DNA from: a virus
DNA length: 42,546 nt
Virus record (IMG/VR): IMGVR_UViG_3300045988_157693
Location: 1 to 42,546 of that record
Direction: 5' to 3' (one strand)
A program made the translations under genes and the position numbers. Within the stretch, counting starts at the first letter, position 1; each line of letters opens with the position of its first letter. Below the pieces are notes generated by a model. That model worked only from the letters and a program-made list of their open reading frames with translations. It ran no database searches and had not been told where the DNA came from. Below are positions 7,686 to 15,037 of the stretch, piece after piece.

Positions 7686-7703
7686 TTTAGAAGGAGAAAA
7701 ACA

Positions 7704-8042
7704 ATGAAAAATCAATTAAGAATCACATTTGACAGCAATGATAACTGTGAGGTAGAAATCCACAGTTTGTCAGGAGCAGAACTTATAATAGCTATCAATG
7801 AATTAATTATCAGCGTTAAGAAGTGTTCTGAGAAGTGCGGTGTTTCAAAGAATAGCAAGACACTCAACAGATACATTCAGACGGCTGTCGACAGAGCATT
7901 AAACGGAGAACATTTCACTTCGGAAGAAGATGTTGCAACAGAGATGCTTAAAGATGCCTTCAAGGAACTGATTAATGACCTTGAGGCAAAATCAAAACAC
8001 GAAACCGAGAAAGGAGAAAAAGATGAAAAAGATGAAGAATAA
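7704..8042 (+). CDS. Hypothetical protein, acidic C-terminus
   Basis: AGGAG RBS (aaggagaaaaacaATG). Confidence 0.8.
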   Translation: MKNQLRITFDSNDNCEVEIHSLSGAELIIAINELIISVKKCSEKCGVSKNSKTLNRYIQTAVDRALNGEHFTSEEDVATEMLKDAFKELINDLEAKSKHETEKGEKDEKDEE

Positions 8043-8298
8043 GAATCCGCTCAAGATGAATCTCAACAGAGAATCAAAACCGTTTCTCATCGTCAAGAAA
8101 GTTAATGACAATGAGGCTATAAGCGACATTGAAAATATCGACTCAGAATTTGAATTGATGTCGTTGACAATCTCAGCTGTTGCCACATCTATCGTTGTTG
8201 CAAAAAAAGAGGGATATACAGGCTATGCTAAAAAACTTGCTAAAGTCATCAACCATATGGTTGACAATTCTCTTTTTGATTTTATAAAAGAGGTGTAA
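8023..8298 (+). CDS. Hypothetical protein (91 aa)
   Basis: ATG at 8023 preceded by AAAGGAG. The track start at 7975 has no RBS. Confidence 0.7.
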   Translation: MKKMKNKNPLKMNLNRESKPFLIVKKVNDNEAISDIENIDSEFELMSLTISAVATSIVVAKKEGYTGYAKKLAKVINHMVDNSLFDFIKEV

Positions 8299-8301
8299 AC
8301 A

Positions 8302-8562
8302 ATGAAAAGAATGCTCAACAGGATATCTGACACATCTGTGTACAGATATTCAACAGGATTTACGATTGCTGTGTTATCAGCATTAAAGTCAACACTGATG
8401 TGGGTACTTGAGAAAGGCTCTCTGTTCCTCGGCATCACCGCTATTATAGCGGTGACTGCCATTGACAGCCCTGCTTACAGATTTATTGTGCTGTTAGCGT
8501 ATGTTTTCATTGCACCGATTTATGCGTTTTTCTCTCTTCGCAGAAAGGAGCATCACAAATGA
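8302..8562 (+). CDS. Membrane protein (hypothetical)
   Basis: Hydrophobic segments FTIAVLSAL, LFLGITAIIAVTAI and FIVLLAYVFIAPIYAFF. Confidence 0.8.
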   Translation: MKRMLNRISDTSVYRYSTGFTIAVLSALKSTLMWVLEKGSLFLGITAIIAVTAIDSPAYRFIVLLAYVFIAPIYAFFSLRRKEHHK

Positions 8563-8924
8563 AGGCTAATTGGAAAGCACGCAATAAGCAGTACAATGGC
8601 CGCCAAAAGGGTGAAATCTTCGATGTAGGCATTGGCTACGGTCTTGAATTAGCATCGGTTGTACTCAATCATTATTTTGGCTTTGGTGCAAAGAGATTGT
8701 ATCAGCTTAATATTGAGGCTCTTCATTACATCCATAAGATGAAAGATGATGCAGAGCAGTACACCGAAGAATACAAGGATAATGTCGAGTATGGCTCAAT
8801 TAAGATGCATAGAGAGTTTGACAAGATTATGGCTCTCAAGCATCACGGCATTGATTATGGCCAAAAGCTGAAAAATACAATCGACAGCGGAAGTTATCTA
8901 AATACAGAAATTGAGGTGGATTAA
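8559..8924 (+). CDS. Hypothetical protein (121 aa)
   Basis: ATGA overlap with the upstream gene. Open frame. Confidence 0.8.
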   Translation: MKANWKARNKQYNGRQKGEIFDVGIGYGLELASVVLNHYFGFGAKRLYQLNIEALHYIHKMKDDAEQYTEEYKDNVEYGSIKMHREFDKIMALKHHGIDYGQKLKNTIDSGSYLNTEIEVD

Positions 8925-9242
8925 ATGAGTAAAGAAGAAAAACCAATCTTGAACTTGCAGAAGGGTTGTCCGTTTTGTGGTAACATGGACTTAGTCTCAG
9001 GATACAACCCGACTCAGAACGAGGTGAAAATCGCTTGCAAGGATTGTGGATATTTTATTACTTTCAAGCAAGCACCGCCTATGTATGTGCCATATTTAGC
9101 AGAGAAAGTATGGAATTTAAGAGCCGATGAGGAAAAGCCAACAGCGGAAAATACAGAATCAACAGCGGAGGTTATCTTATCAGAACTCAAGGATATTAAG
9201 TCATATGTAGCTGAACTGGTAGGATATAGTCTTGAAAAATGA
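8925..9242 (+). CDS. Lar-like zinc-ribbon protein (restriction-alleviation family pattern)
   Basis: CPFCGN...CKDCGY...AEKVWNLRA resembles the Lar family signature (CPFCG ... AWNRR). Confidence 0.65.
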   Translation: MSKEEKPILNLQKGCPFCGNMDLVSGYNPTQNEVKIACKDCGYFITFKQAPPMYVPYLAEKVWNLRADEEKPTAENTESTAEVILSELKDIKSYVAELVGYSLEK

Positions 9243-9415
9243 TAGACTCTGAAAAAATCAAAAAAGCGTTAGATGCAATGGATAACGCAGACCTGCAAAA
9301 AGAATATAACCCTATTGCAAGCCAAAAACATATGGAAATGATGTTGAAAACAGCAAGACCATATCTATACAGAAAATACAAGGAGTGGCAGAAAGAAAAT
9401 GTCAAAAATGATTGA
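9239..9415 (+). CDS. Hypothetical 58-aa protein (not in ORF track)
   Basis: ATGA overlap with 8925..9242. Translation: MIDSEKIKKALDAMDNADLQKEYNPIASQKHMEMMLKTARPYLYRKYKEWQKENVKND. Confidence 0.55.
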   Translation: MIDSEKIKKALDAMDNADLQKEYNPIASQKHMEMMLKTARPYLYRKYKEWQKENVKND

Positions 9416-9791
9416 TTGTTCAAAAACAGCGAATTATCTTAGTGAAAAACTAAGAATGACGAAAAAAACAAAGACTGGATTATGCAAAACTAAGTGTAGT
9501 GACTGTCCTTTGTGCGGTGATAACAACGGTGAAGGTTTATCGTGTCCAATCTTTGAAATGTATTATCCCAAAAAAGCAATTGAAGCTGTTCAGCGGTGGA
9601 GCGATGAGCATCCACCGAAAACTTATTTGTCCGAATTTCTGAAACATTACCCAAATGTTCAGCTTTATGATGCTGGAATACCTAAAGGCATATGTCCATA
9701 TCATTTAGGGCTTATGAGCAAAGATAATTGCAGAAAAGACCATTACTGTCTTGGATGTTGGAATCAGTCTATTAAGGATGGTGAAGAGTGA
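9399..9791 (+). CDS. Cys-rich hypothetical protein
   Basis: CSDCPLCG, CPIF and CLGCW motifs. Confidence 0.8.
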   Translation: MSKMIDCSKTANYLSEKLRMTKKTKTGLCKTKCSDCPLCGDNNGEGLSCPIFEMYYPKKAIEAVQRWSDEHPPKTYLSEFLKHYPNVQLYDAGIPKGICPYHLGLMSKDNCRKDHYCLGCWNQSIKDGEE

Positions 9792-10087
9792 TGGAAATTA
9801 TGTATAACGAAAAAACAGGAAAGTTTGAGCCTGCTAAAAAGCCATATAAGACCATTGAAATCAAATACGAAACCGAAGAAGACTACAACAATTTTGAAAA
9901 AATACTTGAGTTAAGTAAGTCAAGAAAGCCTATTTTGGTCGATGGACAGGTTATCCGTTATGTGACTACATATGAGTGTCCTAACTGCGGAAGGCAATTC
10001 ACAGGAAAAGGCATAGCAAATTACTGCTATAATTGTGGGCAGAGGTTTGACTGGTCTGGCAAAATGGAGTGTGAAAACAATGATTGA
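9788..10087 (+). CDS. Zinc-ribbon protein
   Basis: GTGA overlap (GTG start at 9788 across the upstream TGA). CPNCGRQF...CYNCGQRF. Confidence 0.8.
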   Translation: MMEIMYNEKTGKFEPAKKPYKTIEIKYETEEDYNNFEKILELSKSRKPILVDGQVIRYVTTYECPNCGRQFTGKGIANYCYNCGQRFDWSGKMECENND

Positions 10088-10421
10088 AAAAGAATTAAAA
10101 ATCCGTGATATTTGCGGTGACTATGCTTTGGATATACCGTTCGCAGACGGTAGTGTAAACACGATATACTTTAATTCAAAACGAAATGCCGAAACAGTTA
10201 AGCATATTATCGAAGTTGACGGTAGTAAACCCAATCATGCTACGGTGTGTGAAATGGAAGAAATCAGGCACGGAAAGTGGGAACACGACAGCGGGGATGT
10301 CGGCTATACAAATTATTTATGTTCTGAGTGTAAAAATTTTTTCACTTTTTACGAGGGCTTTGATTTGTATCCATACTGCCCTTATTGCGGTGCAAAAATG
10401 GATAAGGAGTGTGAAGAGTAA
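10080..10421 (+). CDS. Zinc-ribbon protein (113 aa)
   Basis: ATG at 10080 overlaps the upstream stop. CSECKNFF...CPYCGAKM. Confidence 0.8.
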   Translation: MIEKELKIRDICGDYALDIPFADGSVNTIYFNSKRNAETVKHIIEVDGSKPNHATVCEMEEIRHGKWEHDSGDVGYTNYLCSECKNFFTFYEGFDLYPYCPYCGAKMDKECEE

Positions 10422-10612
10422 TGGCATTCCCCGAAAAACTCAAAGCGTTAAGACTTGAAAATGGATTAACGCAGGATGAACTGGGCGAAAAGCTCTACTT
10501 GAGCAGAACAAGTATATCTTACTATGAGCAGGGAAAATTTGAGCCTAATATCGAAACCATAATAGCTGTAGCGGATTTATTTAACATCACAACAGATGAA
10601 TTGTTGAAGTGA
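10421..10612 (+). CDS. XRE-family HTH protein (63 aa)
   Basis: LTQDELGEKLYLSRTSISYYEQGK is a classic HTH_3 pattern. Confidence 0.85.
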   Translation: MAFPEKLKALRLENGLTQDELGEKLYLSRTSISYYEQGKFEPNIETIIAVADLFNITTDELLK

Positions 10613-10625
10613 GAAAGGGACAAAG

Positions 10626-10856
10626 ATGATACTAAAAAATAAAATCAAAATAACTGGGATGGAAAAACTTAAGCCTTGCCCGTTTTGTGGCCATGATGCA
10701 GAAGTACGAATGCTCAAATATTCGACAGGTTTCTATAATTACGAAATCTATTGCCCACACGAATACAAATGTTATTTATTTGGTGCAGTTGAAAAAAACT
10801 TCGATTCAGCAGAGGATGCCGTAAGAGCGTGGAATCAGCGTGAAGAAAGTGAGTAA
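10626..10856 (+). CDS. Lar-family restriction-alleviation-like protein
   Basis: KPCPFCGHDAEV...YCPHEYKC...AEDAVRAWNQRE. Confidence 0.75.
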   Translation: MILKNKIKITGMEKLKPCPFCGHDAEVRMLKYSTGFYNYEIYCPHEYKCYLFGAVEKNFDSAEDAVRAWNQREESE

Positions 10857-10862
10857 AACAAA

Positions 10863-11297
10863 ATGAAAAATATTAAAATTTTGACAGCAAATGGTACAGT
10901 AAATGATTGCTTTAAGATTGAGCCAAACAGACACAGCGACACAGACTTAGCTTGGCTCACCGAATTAGCAAATAAGTTTACTGCGGAAGAGTTACAAACA
11001 ATGTATGACTCGATTAAAGCACGCAGAGAAAAAGATGATGCGGAATTGTTCATCGACAAGGCTGTTGAAAAGCAGATACCTATTTCCCCCTCAAACAAAG
11101 CCTATTGTCGCTCTTGCGGTTCTAAGCTTTTGGGGAGTGAAAACTTTTGTTCCAATTGCGGTCAAAAGCTGAATTGGAAAGGAAAAGAATTTGATTTGCT
11201 CTTCGATGATTTGACCGATGAATTGAACTTAATTGAAATCGAAACATCCGTCCCAAAGGTGCTGATTTATCCGAATCTCATCTATTTTGAACAGTGA
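10863..11297 (+). CDS. Hypothetical protein with zinc ribbon
   Basis: CRSCGSKLLGSENFCSNCGQKL. Confidence 0.8.
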   Translation: MKNIKILTANGTVNDCFKIEPNRHSDTDLAWLTELANKFTAEELQTMYDSIKARREKDDAELFIDKAVEKQIPISPSNKAYCRSCGSKLLGSENFCSNCGQKLNWKGKEFDLLFDDLTDELNLIEIETSVPKVLIYPNLIYFEQ

Positions 11298-11307
11298 AGG
11301 AGAAAAA

Positions 11308-11565
11308 ATGATTGTGAGATTTGAAAATTGCGATTGTATGAGATTGCTCAACGGGTTGCCATCGTCAAGCATTAGCCTCATTGTAACTGACCCACCCTAC
11401 AAAACAACGGCAAAAGGAAACACAGGAACGAGCGGTGGAATGTTCAAAAAAGCAATCAATAAAGCAGGACAAGTATTTGAATACAACGATATTGATTGTA
11501 CAAGATATGCTCCTGAATTTTACAGAGTGTTAAAAGAAGGGGGGGCATTGTTATGTTATGACTAA
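11308..11565 (+). CDS. DNA methyltransferase (N6-A/N4-C, beta class), N-terminal fragment
   Basis: Motif IV DPPY (LIVTDPPYKT). The frame ends shortly after the G7 run at 11539-11545. Confidence 0.85.
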   Translation: MIVRFENCDCMRLLNGLPSSSISLIVTDPPYKTTAKGNTGTSGGMFKKAINKAGQVFEYNDIDCTRYAPEFYRVLKEGGALLCYD

Positions 11566-12010
11566 TCATATCAATCTTATACATATGCTTAATGTATTTT
11601 GTTCGTGCGGTTTTCACTTTGTTAAATCGCTTATATGGAACAAACAGAATAAAATTATGGGTCTATATTATATGTCACAGTATGAGTACATCTTATTTTT
11701 CCGCAAAGGTAAAGGAAAAAAGATAAATAATTGTGGCACAAGTGATATTTTAACCGTTCCATCGAAAAAGATAAAAGGCAAGGACGGAAAAAATCTTCAT
11801 GACACAGAGAAACCCGTTGAATTGATGCAAATCCTTGTTGAAAATTCATCAAAAGAGGGGGAATGGGTTCTTGACCCGTTTGCAGGTATCGGAGCAACCG
11901 CATTAGCTTGTCAAAACACAAACAGAGATTTTATAGGGGCAGAAATTGACCCAAAATATTATGAAATTGCAAAGGAGAGAATAAAAAATGAAATCAGTAA
12001 TGAAAATTAA
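11558..12010 (+). CDS. DNA methyltransferase, C-terminal fragment
   Basis: Motif I VLDPFAGIGATALA plus HDTEKPVELM. This frame stays open back to the G7 run (KKGGHCYVMTNH...). Confidence 0.85.
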   Translation: MTNHINLIHMLNVFCSCGFHFVKSLIWNKQNKIMGLYYMSQYEYILFFRKGKGKKINNCGTSDILTVPSKKIKGKDGKNLHDTEKPVELMQILVENSSKEGEWVLDPFAGIGATALACQNTNRDFIGAEIDPKYYEIAKERIKNEISNEN

Positions 12011-12410
12011 ACTTGATGACGGTGCAAAAATGCCTAAAAAGGCACACGCAACAGATGTTGGATATGACATCTTTTCCCCGATTGATGTAGTTGTACCTGC
12101 TCACAGGAGTGTATTTATTGACAGCGGAGTACACATTCAGATTCCGATTGATATTGCAGGAGTTCTGATATCGAAGAGCGGATTGAATGTCAAGCACGGT
12201 ATTACCTCAACAGGATTGATTGACCCCGATTACACAGGCTCTATCGGTGTTAAGCTGTACAACAACAGCGGTACAGATTATCGTATCACCGCAGGAGATA
12301 AGATTAGTCAGATAATGTTTATTCCATATATAACAGCTTTTTTCAAAGTAGAAGACAGCCTTGATGACACGGAAAGAGGCGATGGTGGCTTTGGCTCAAC
12401 AGGTAAATAA
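11988..12410 (+). CDS. dut: dUTP diphosphatase
   Basis: Motifs ATDVGYD, GLIDPDYTGSIGV and RGDGGFGSTGK. Confidence 0.95.
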   Translation: MKSVMKIKLDDGAKMPKKAHATDVGYDIFSPIDVVVPAHRSVFIDSGVHIQIPIDIAGVLISKSGLNVKHGITSTGLIDPDYTGSIGVKLYNNSGTDYRITAGDKISQIMFIPYITAFFKVEDSLDDTERGDGGFGSTGK

Positions 12411-12591
12411 CTGCTGTTATAACTGCTCAGAGAGGCATCTGAGATGCCATAGCAATTGCGAAAAGTACAAAATATTTAAAGAGGATGTACGGAAGAGAAA
12501 TAATTACATATGGGAGCATATCGAATCACAGAACGCTCTTGCAAGCAGTATTATAAGTCGCAATCTAAGGAAAAATAAAAATCGCAGATAA
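12364..12591 (+). CDS. Small Cys/His-rich basic protein (last early gene)
   Basis: CCYNCSERHLRCHSNCEKY followed by a basic tail. The start is uncertain (12361 TTG, 12364 ATG or 12382 ATG). It overlaps the end of dut. Confidence 0.7.
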   Translation: MTRKEAMVALAQQVNNCCYNCSERHLRCHSNCEKYKIFKEDVRKRNNYIWEHIESQNALASSIISRNLRKNKNRR

Positions 12592-12594
12592 AGC

Positions 12595-12631
12595 AAAAAG
12601 AGCATCTCGTTTTGAGATGCTCTTTTTGTTC
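12595..12631 (+). terminator. Rho-independent terminator ending the early operon
   Basis: 14-bp stem aaaaagagcatctc / gagatgctcttttt followed by a T-run. Confidence 0.85.
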
Positions 12632-12684
12632 TGCCATAGGAGGGTGAGAGTATTGCATTTATATCAAGAAGGTAGTTGTAGAAA

Positions 12685-12831
12685 GGCAGGACGGACAGCC
12701 TGTTAATTGTTGTTGTGTTTCAACATCCACAATTGAAACACACTGAAAGATGGTGTTGTCGAATGCCCTGCCGAAATCACGCAAACAAGTCATCGGACAA
12801 CCTCTGTCCGTCCGAGTCATCAGATGATGAC
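12685..12831 (+). ncRNA. Structured non-coding element (function unknown)
   Basis: Perfect 10-bp closing helix 12689-12698/12804-12813. Internal 10-bp hairpin 12714-12723/12733-12742. 6-bp helix 12755-12760/12796-12801. Hairpin 12816-12821/12826-12831. There is no credible ORF. Confidence 0.35.
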
Positions 12832-12994
12832 AAACAATGAAAATCACAACAGGAAAAGGACTCCTGCTAATTTAATTATAACACATCCATCTCAAAAAGT
12901 ATATGTTTGAAAGTTTATTTTTTGAGGTTAGTATTTCAATGAAAAAAAGCACATAATTAAGTCACTCACAAGGTAACATAACGAAAGCGAAGTG

Positions 12995-13252
12995 ATGGAA
13001 TTGAACCCCGAAGTTATCGTGTCGCTTGTGTCCCTCACAGGCACGGTTATAGGCTCTCTCTGCGGTGTGTTGGCGAGCAATCGTATGTCAAGCTACAGGA
13101 TTTCAAAGCTTGAAGAAAAGGTTGAAAAGCACAACAATCTGATTGAGAGAACATACAAGATTGAACAGCACAACGCTGTTGTTGACGAGGAAATTAAGGT
13201 TGCCAATCATCGGATTGAAGACCTCGAAAAAATCAGCGAAAGGAAAGATTGA
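12995..13252 (+). CDS. N-terminally membrane-anchored coiled-coil protein of the lysis cassette
   Basis: TM segment VIVSLVSLTGTVIGSLCGVLA followed by heptad-like KLEEKVEKHNNLIERTYKIEQ. It lies immediately upstream of the holin. Confidence 0.75.
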   Translation: MELNPEVIVSLVSLTGTVIGSLCGVLASNRMSSYRISKLEEKVEKHNNLIERTYKIEQHNAVVDEEIKVANHRIEDLEKISERKD

Positions 13253-13254
13253 AA

Positions 13255-13467
13255 ATGAAAAAAATCTTCACAAAAGAATGGGCGAAAGCTACGGCGGTCA
13301 GAGCTATTAAGACTGTCGCACAGACTGCGGTTGCAACAATCGGTGTGTCTGCTGTGATGACGGATGTAAACTGGATTGCGGTAGGCTCGGCATCTCTGCT
13401 TGCAGGTGTATTGTCTGTCTTGACAAGCGTTGCAGGACTGCCCGAAGTATCAGAAAGCGAGGAGTAA
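13255..13467 (+). CDS. Holin (phi LC3-like family pattern)
   Basis: [22 protein letters not shown]...[18 protein letters not shown], then an acidic tail. AAAGGAAAG RBS. Confidence 0.8.
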   Translation: MKKIFTKEWAKATAVRAIKTVAQTAVATIGVSAVMTDVNWIAVGSASLLAGVLSVLTSVAGLPEVSESEE

Positions 13468-13469
13468 CA

Positions 13470-13658
13470 ATGGCAAAATATCGTAAAAAACCTGTTATTA
13501 TTGAGGCATATCAGACTGACAAAGAAATGATTATTCCAACGCTTGAAGGTGATATGCACGCAAGCGTTGGGGATTACATTATCACAGGTGTAAACGGTGA
13601 GAAGTACCCGTGTAAACCCGATATTTTCAAAAAAACTTACGAGAAAGTGAAGGAATAA
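13470..13658 (+). CDS. Small conserved phage protein (62 aa)
   Basis: [10 protein letters not shown]...[27 protein letters not shown], a pattern seen in small phage proteins. Confidence 0.8.
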   Translation: MAKYRKKPVIIEAYQTDKEMIIPTLEGDMHASVGDYIITGVNGEKYPCKPDIFKKTYEKVKE

Positions 13659-13667
13659 TTACGACAA

Positions 13668-13951
13668 ATGCAAATTTTATTGAGCTTGCAATCTCAGAGG
13701 TACGCAAGTATGTTTTAAACCACTTAGATAAGTCAGATGTTATACCTATTTTTGACATTTTTGTTGTGTGGCCATGTAAGACTTTGCAAAACCACAAATG
13801 CCTTATCAGCACAACATTACCCGATGGTATGTACTACGAATGCACATACAATGGCTATAAAAACGAAATGTATCTTGACGCATACAAAAAGTTTGAAAAC
13901 AAAAAATTATTTGCGAAAGTGAGGAATAGTAATGAAAGTTACTGCTATTGA
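13668..13951 (+). CDS. Conserved small phage protein with a disrupted or non-canonical start
   Basis: The frame is open from 13658 and reads NANFIELAISEVRKYVLNHLDKSDVIPIFDIFVVWPCKTLQNHKCLISTTLPDGMYYECTYNGYKNEMYLDAYKKFEN. The first canonical start in that frame is the GTG at 13766. The nearby ATG at 13668 is one base out of frame. Confidence 0.6.
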
Positions 13952-14816
13952 TGTCAGCTACTGTCAGACGAATGTTGACTACAACAAAGTCAAGAACAGC
14001 GGTATTGATGCTGTGATTATCCGTGCAGGATTCGGTAAAGAAACCTATCAGAAAGACTCTGAATTTGAAACGCATTACAGGAACGCTAAGAAGGCAGGTC
14101 TTGCGGTCGGAGTATATTGGTATTCCTATGCCTATTCTGTTGCAGAGGCAAAGCAGGAGGCTAAGGTATGCCTTGCGTGCATTAAAGGTAAAACGCTTGA
14201 ATTACCTGTATATTACGACCTCGAGGAGAGCGGTCAGACAAGGCTCGGTATGTCTGCTCTGACAAACATTGCAATTGCTTTTTGTGATGCTATCAAATCG
14301 GGCGGTTACCGTGCAGGAGTGTACAGTAATCTTAACTGGCTCAACAATCACCTTGATTATGAAAGGCTCAGGAGTAAGTACAGTATTTGGCTTGCACAGT
14401 GGTCATCATCCCCAAGTAAAAGCTGTGATATCTGGCAAAATGCCGATAACGGCAGAATCACCGGTATCAGCGGTAATGTTGACACCGATATCATCATGAA
14501 TAAAAACATTATCAAATCAAAATCAGAGGTGAAGGAAGAAATGATTAAGAAGGGTTTAACAAACAATGCTATCCTTGCGTACAAAAAACAGCTTTTGAAC
14601 CTGTATAATGCAGGCATCATCAAGACTAAGGTTGACTCATCTGCAGGTTTCGGTGACGGAACAGAAAAGGCTGTCAGAGAAGTACAGGCTCTGGCGAAAA
14701 TCAAGGTTAACGGTGAGGTTGGAGTCAACACAATCAATGCAACCGCAAAGCTGATGAACAATTATGTCAGCAAGCTAAAAACTAAAATTTCAAACGCAAA
14801 AAAGGCTCTGTCATAA
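13932..14816 (+). CDS. Endolysin: GH25 muramidase plus C-terminal peptidoglycan-binding domain
   Basis: IDVSYCQTNVDYNKVKNSGIDAVIIRAG...VGVYWYSYA...LPVYYDLEE (GH25). GFGDGTEKAVREVQALAKIKVNGEVG (PG_binding_1-like). Confidence 0.93.
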   Translation: MKVTAIDVSYCQTNVDYNKVKNSGIDAVIIRAGFGKETYQKDSEFETHYRNAKKAGLAVGVYWYSYAYSVAEAKQEAKVCLACIKGKTLELPVYYDLEESGQTRLGMSALTNIAIAFCDAIKSGGYRAGVYSNLNWLNNHLDYERLRSKYSIWLAQWSSSPSKSCDIWQNADNGRITGISGNVDTDIIMNKNIIKSKSEVKEEMIKKGLTNNAILAYKKQLLNLYNAGIIKTKVDSSAGFGDGTEKAVREVQALAKIKVNGEVGVNTINATAKLMNNYVSKLKTKISNAKKALS

Positions 14817-14845
14817 TTGACAGATGCCCAGAGATGCTGTATAAT
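14817..14845 (+). promoter_or_regulatory. Perfect sigma70 consensus promoter driving the solitary CRISPR repeat
   Basis: TTGACA (14817-14822), 17-nt spacer, TATAAT (14840-14845). It begins right after the endolysin stop. Confidence 0.8.
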
Positions 14846-14853
14846 ATGAAACA

Positions 14854-14889
14854 CGGAAGTTTGTTTTTTTAATTTCTACTGTGGTAGAT
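14854..14889 (+). CRISPR. Solitary Cas12a (type V-A)-type CRISPR repeat unit
   Basis: The 3' 20 nt TAATTTCTACTGTGGTAGAT (14870-14889) differ by one loop base from the Francisella Cas12a handle UAAUUUCUACUGUUGUAGAU. The UCUAC/GUAGA stem is intact. There is no second intact repeat and no cas gene in the window. Confidence 0.8.
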
Positions 14890-14914
14890 TAGTTTTTTTA
14901 TCCTTTCTTCCGTA

Positions 14915-14954
14915 AAGATGACCTCGTTTATGTCATAGTGTGCGAGGTCATCTT
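14915..14954 (+). other. 12-bp perfect hairpin in the non-coding transcript region
   Basis: aagatgacctcg (14915-14926) / cgaggtcatctt (14943-14954). Confidence 0.6.
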
Positions 14955-15037
14955 GCTTGCCTATCAACACGCAAAAAGTGCGTGCTGTTTAAATCGTCTT
15001 CATAATTTCCTATATATTTACTATTTAACTATGCAGG

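Noticed and set aside
12709-12742. The sequence gttgttgtgtttcaacatccacaATTGAAAC ends like the 8-nt handle (AUUGAAAC) of type I-B/I-C/III CRISPR repeats. This hinted at a second solitary repeat.
   Set aside because: The match is only the terminal heptamer/octamer. Here the handle is sequestered in a 10-bp hairpin, unlike real Cas6/Cas5d substrates, and the palindrome produces TTGAAAC on both strands by construction. That is not enough evidence.
12817-12823. CUGAUGA on the minus strand, which suggested a hammerhead ribozyme core.
   Set aside because: The sequence after the adjacent helix is AUGAC rather than the required GAAA. No three-helix junction with a cleavage-site UH could be drawn.
12659-12847. 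A 62-aa minus-strand ORF inside the structured gap. A similar case is the plus-strand ORF 14938..15141 in the repeat transcript region.
   Set aside because: Both have GTG starts with no RBS and odd composition. Both run through obvious RNA hairpins and a terminator. They are most likely non-coding.
14987-15022. A possible second, degenerate Cas12a repeat (gtttaaatcgtcttcataatttcctatatatttactat), which would make a one-spacer mini-array.
   Set aside because: It shares only AATTTC and a GTTTAAA-like start. The UCUAC/GUAGA stem is absent. The interval from the first repeat is 97 nt, far longer than a Cas12a spacer. I treat the locus as a solitary repeat unless alignment to real arrays says otherwise.
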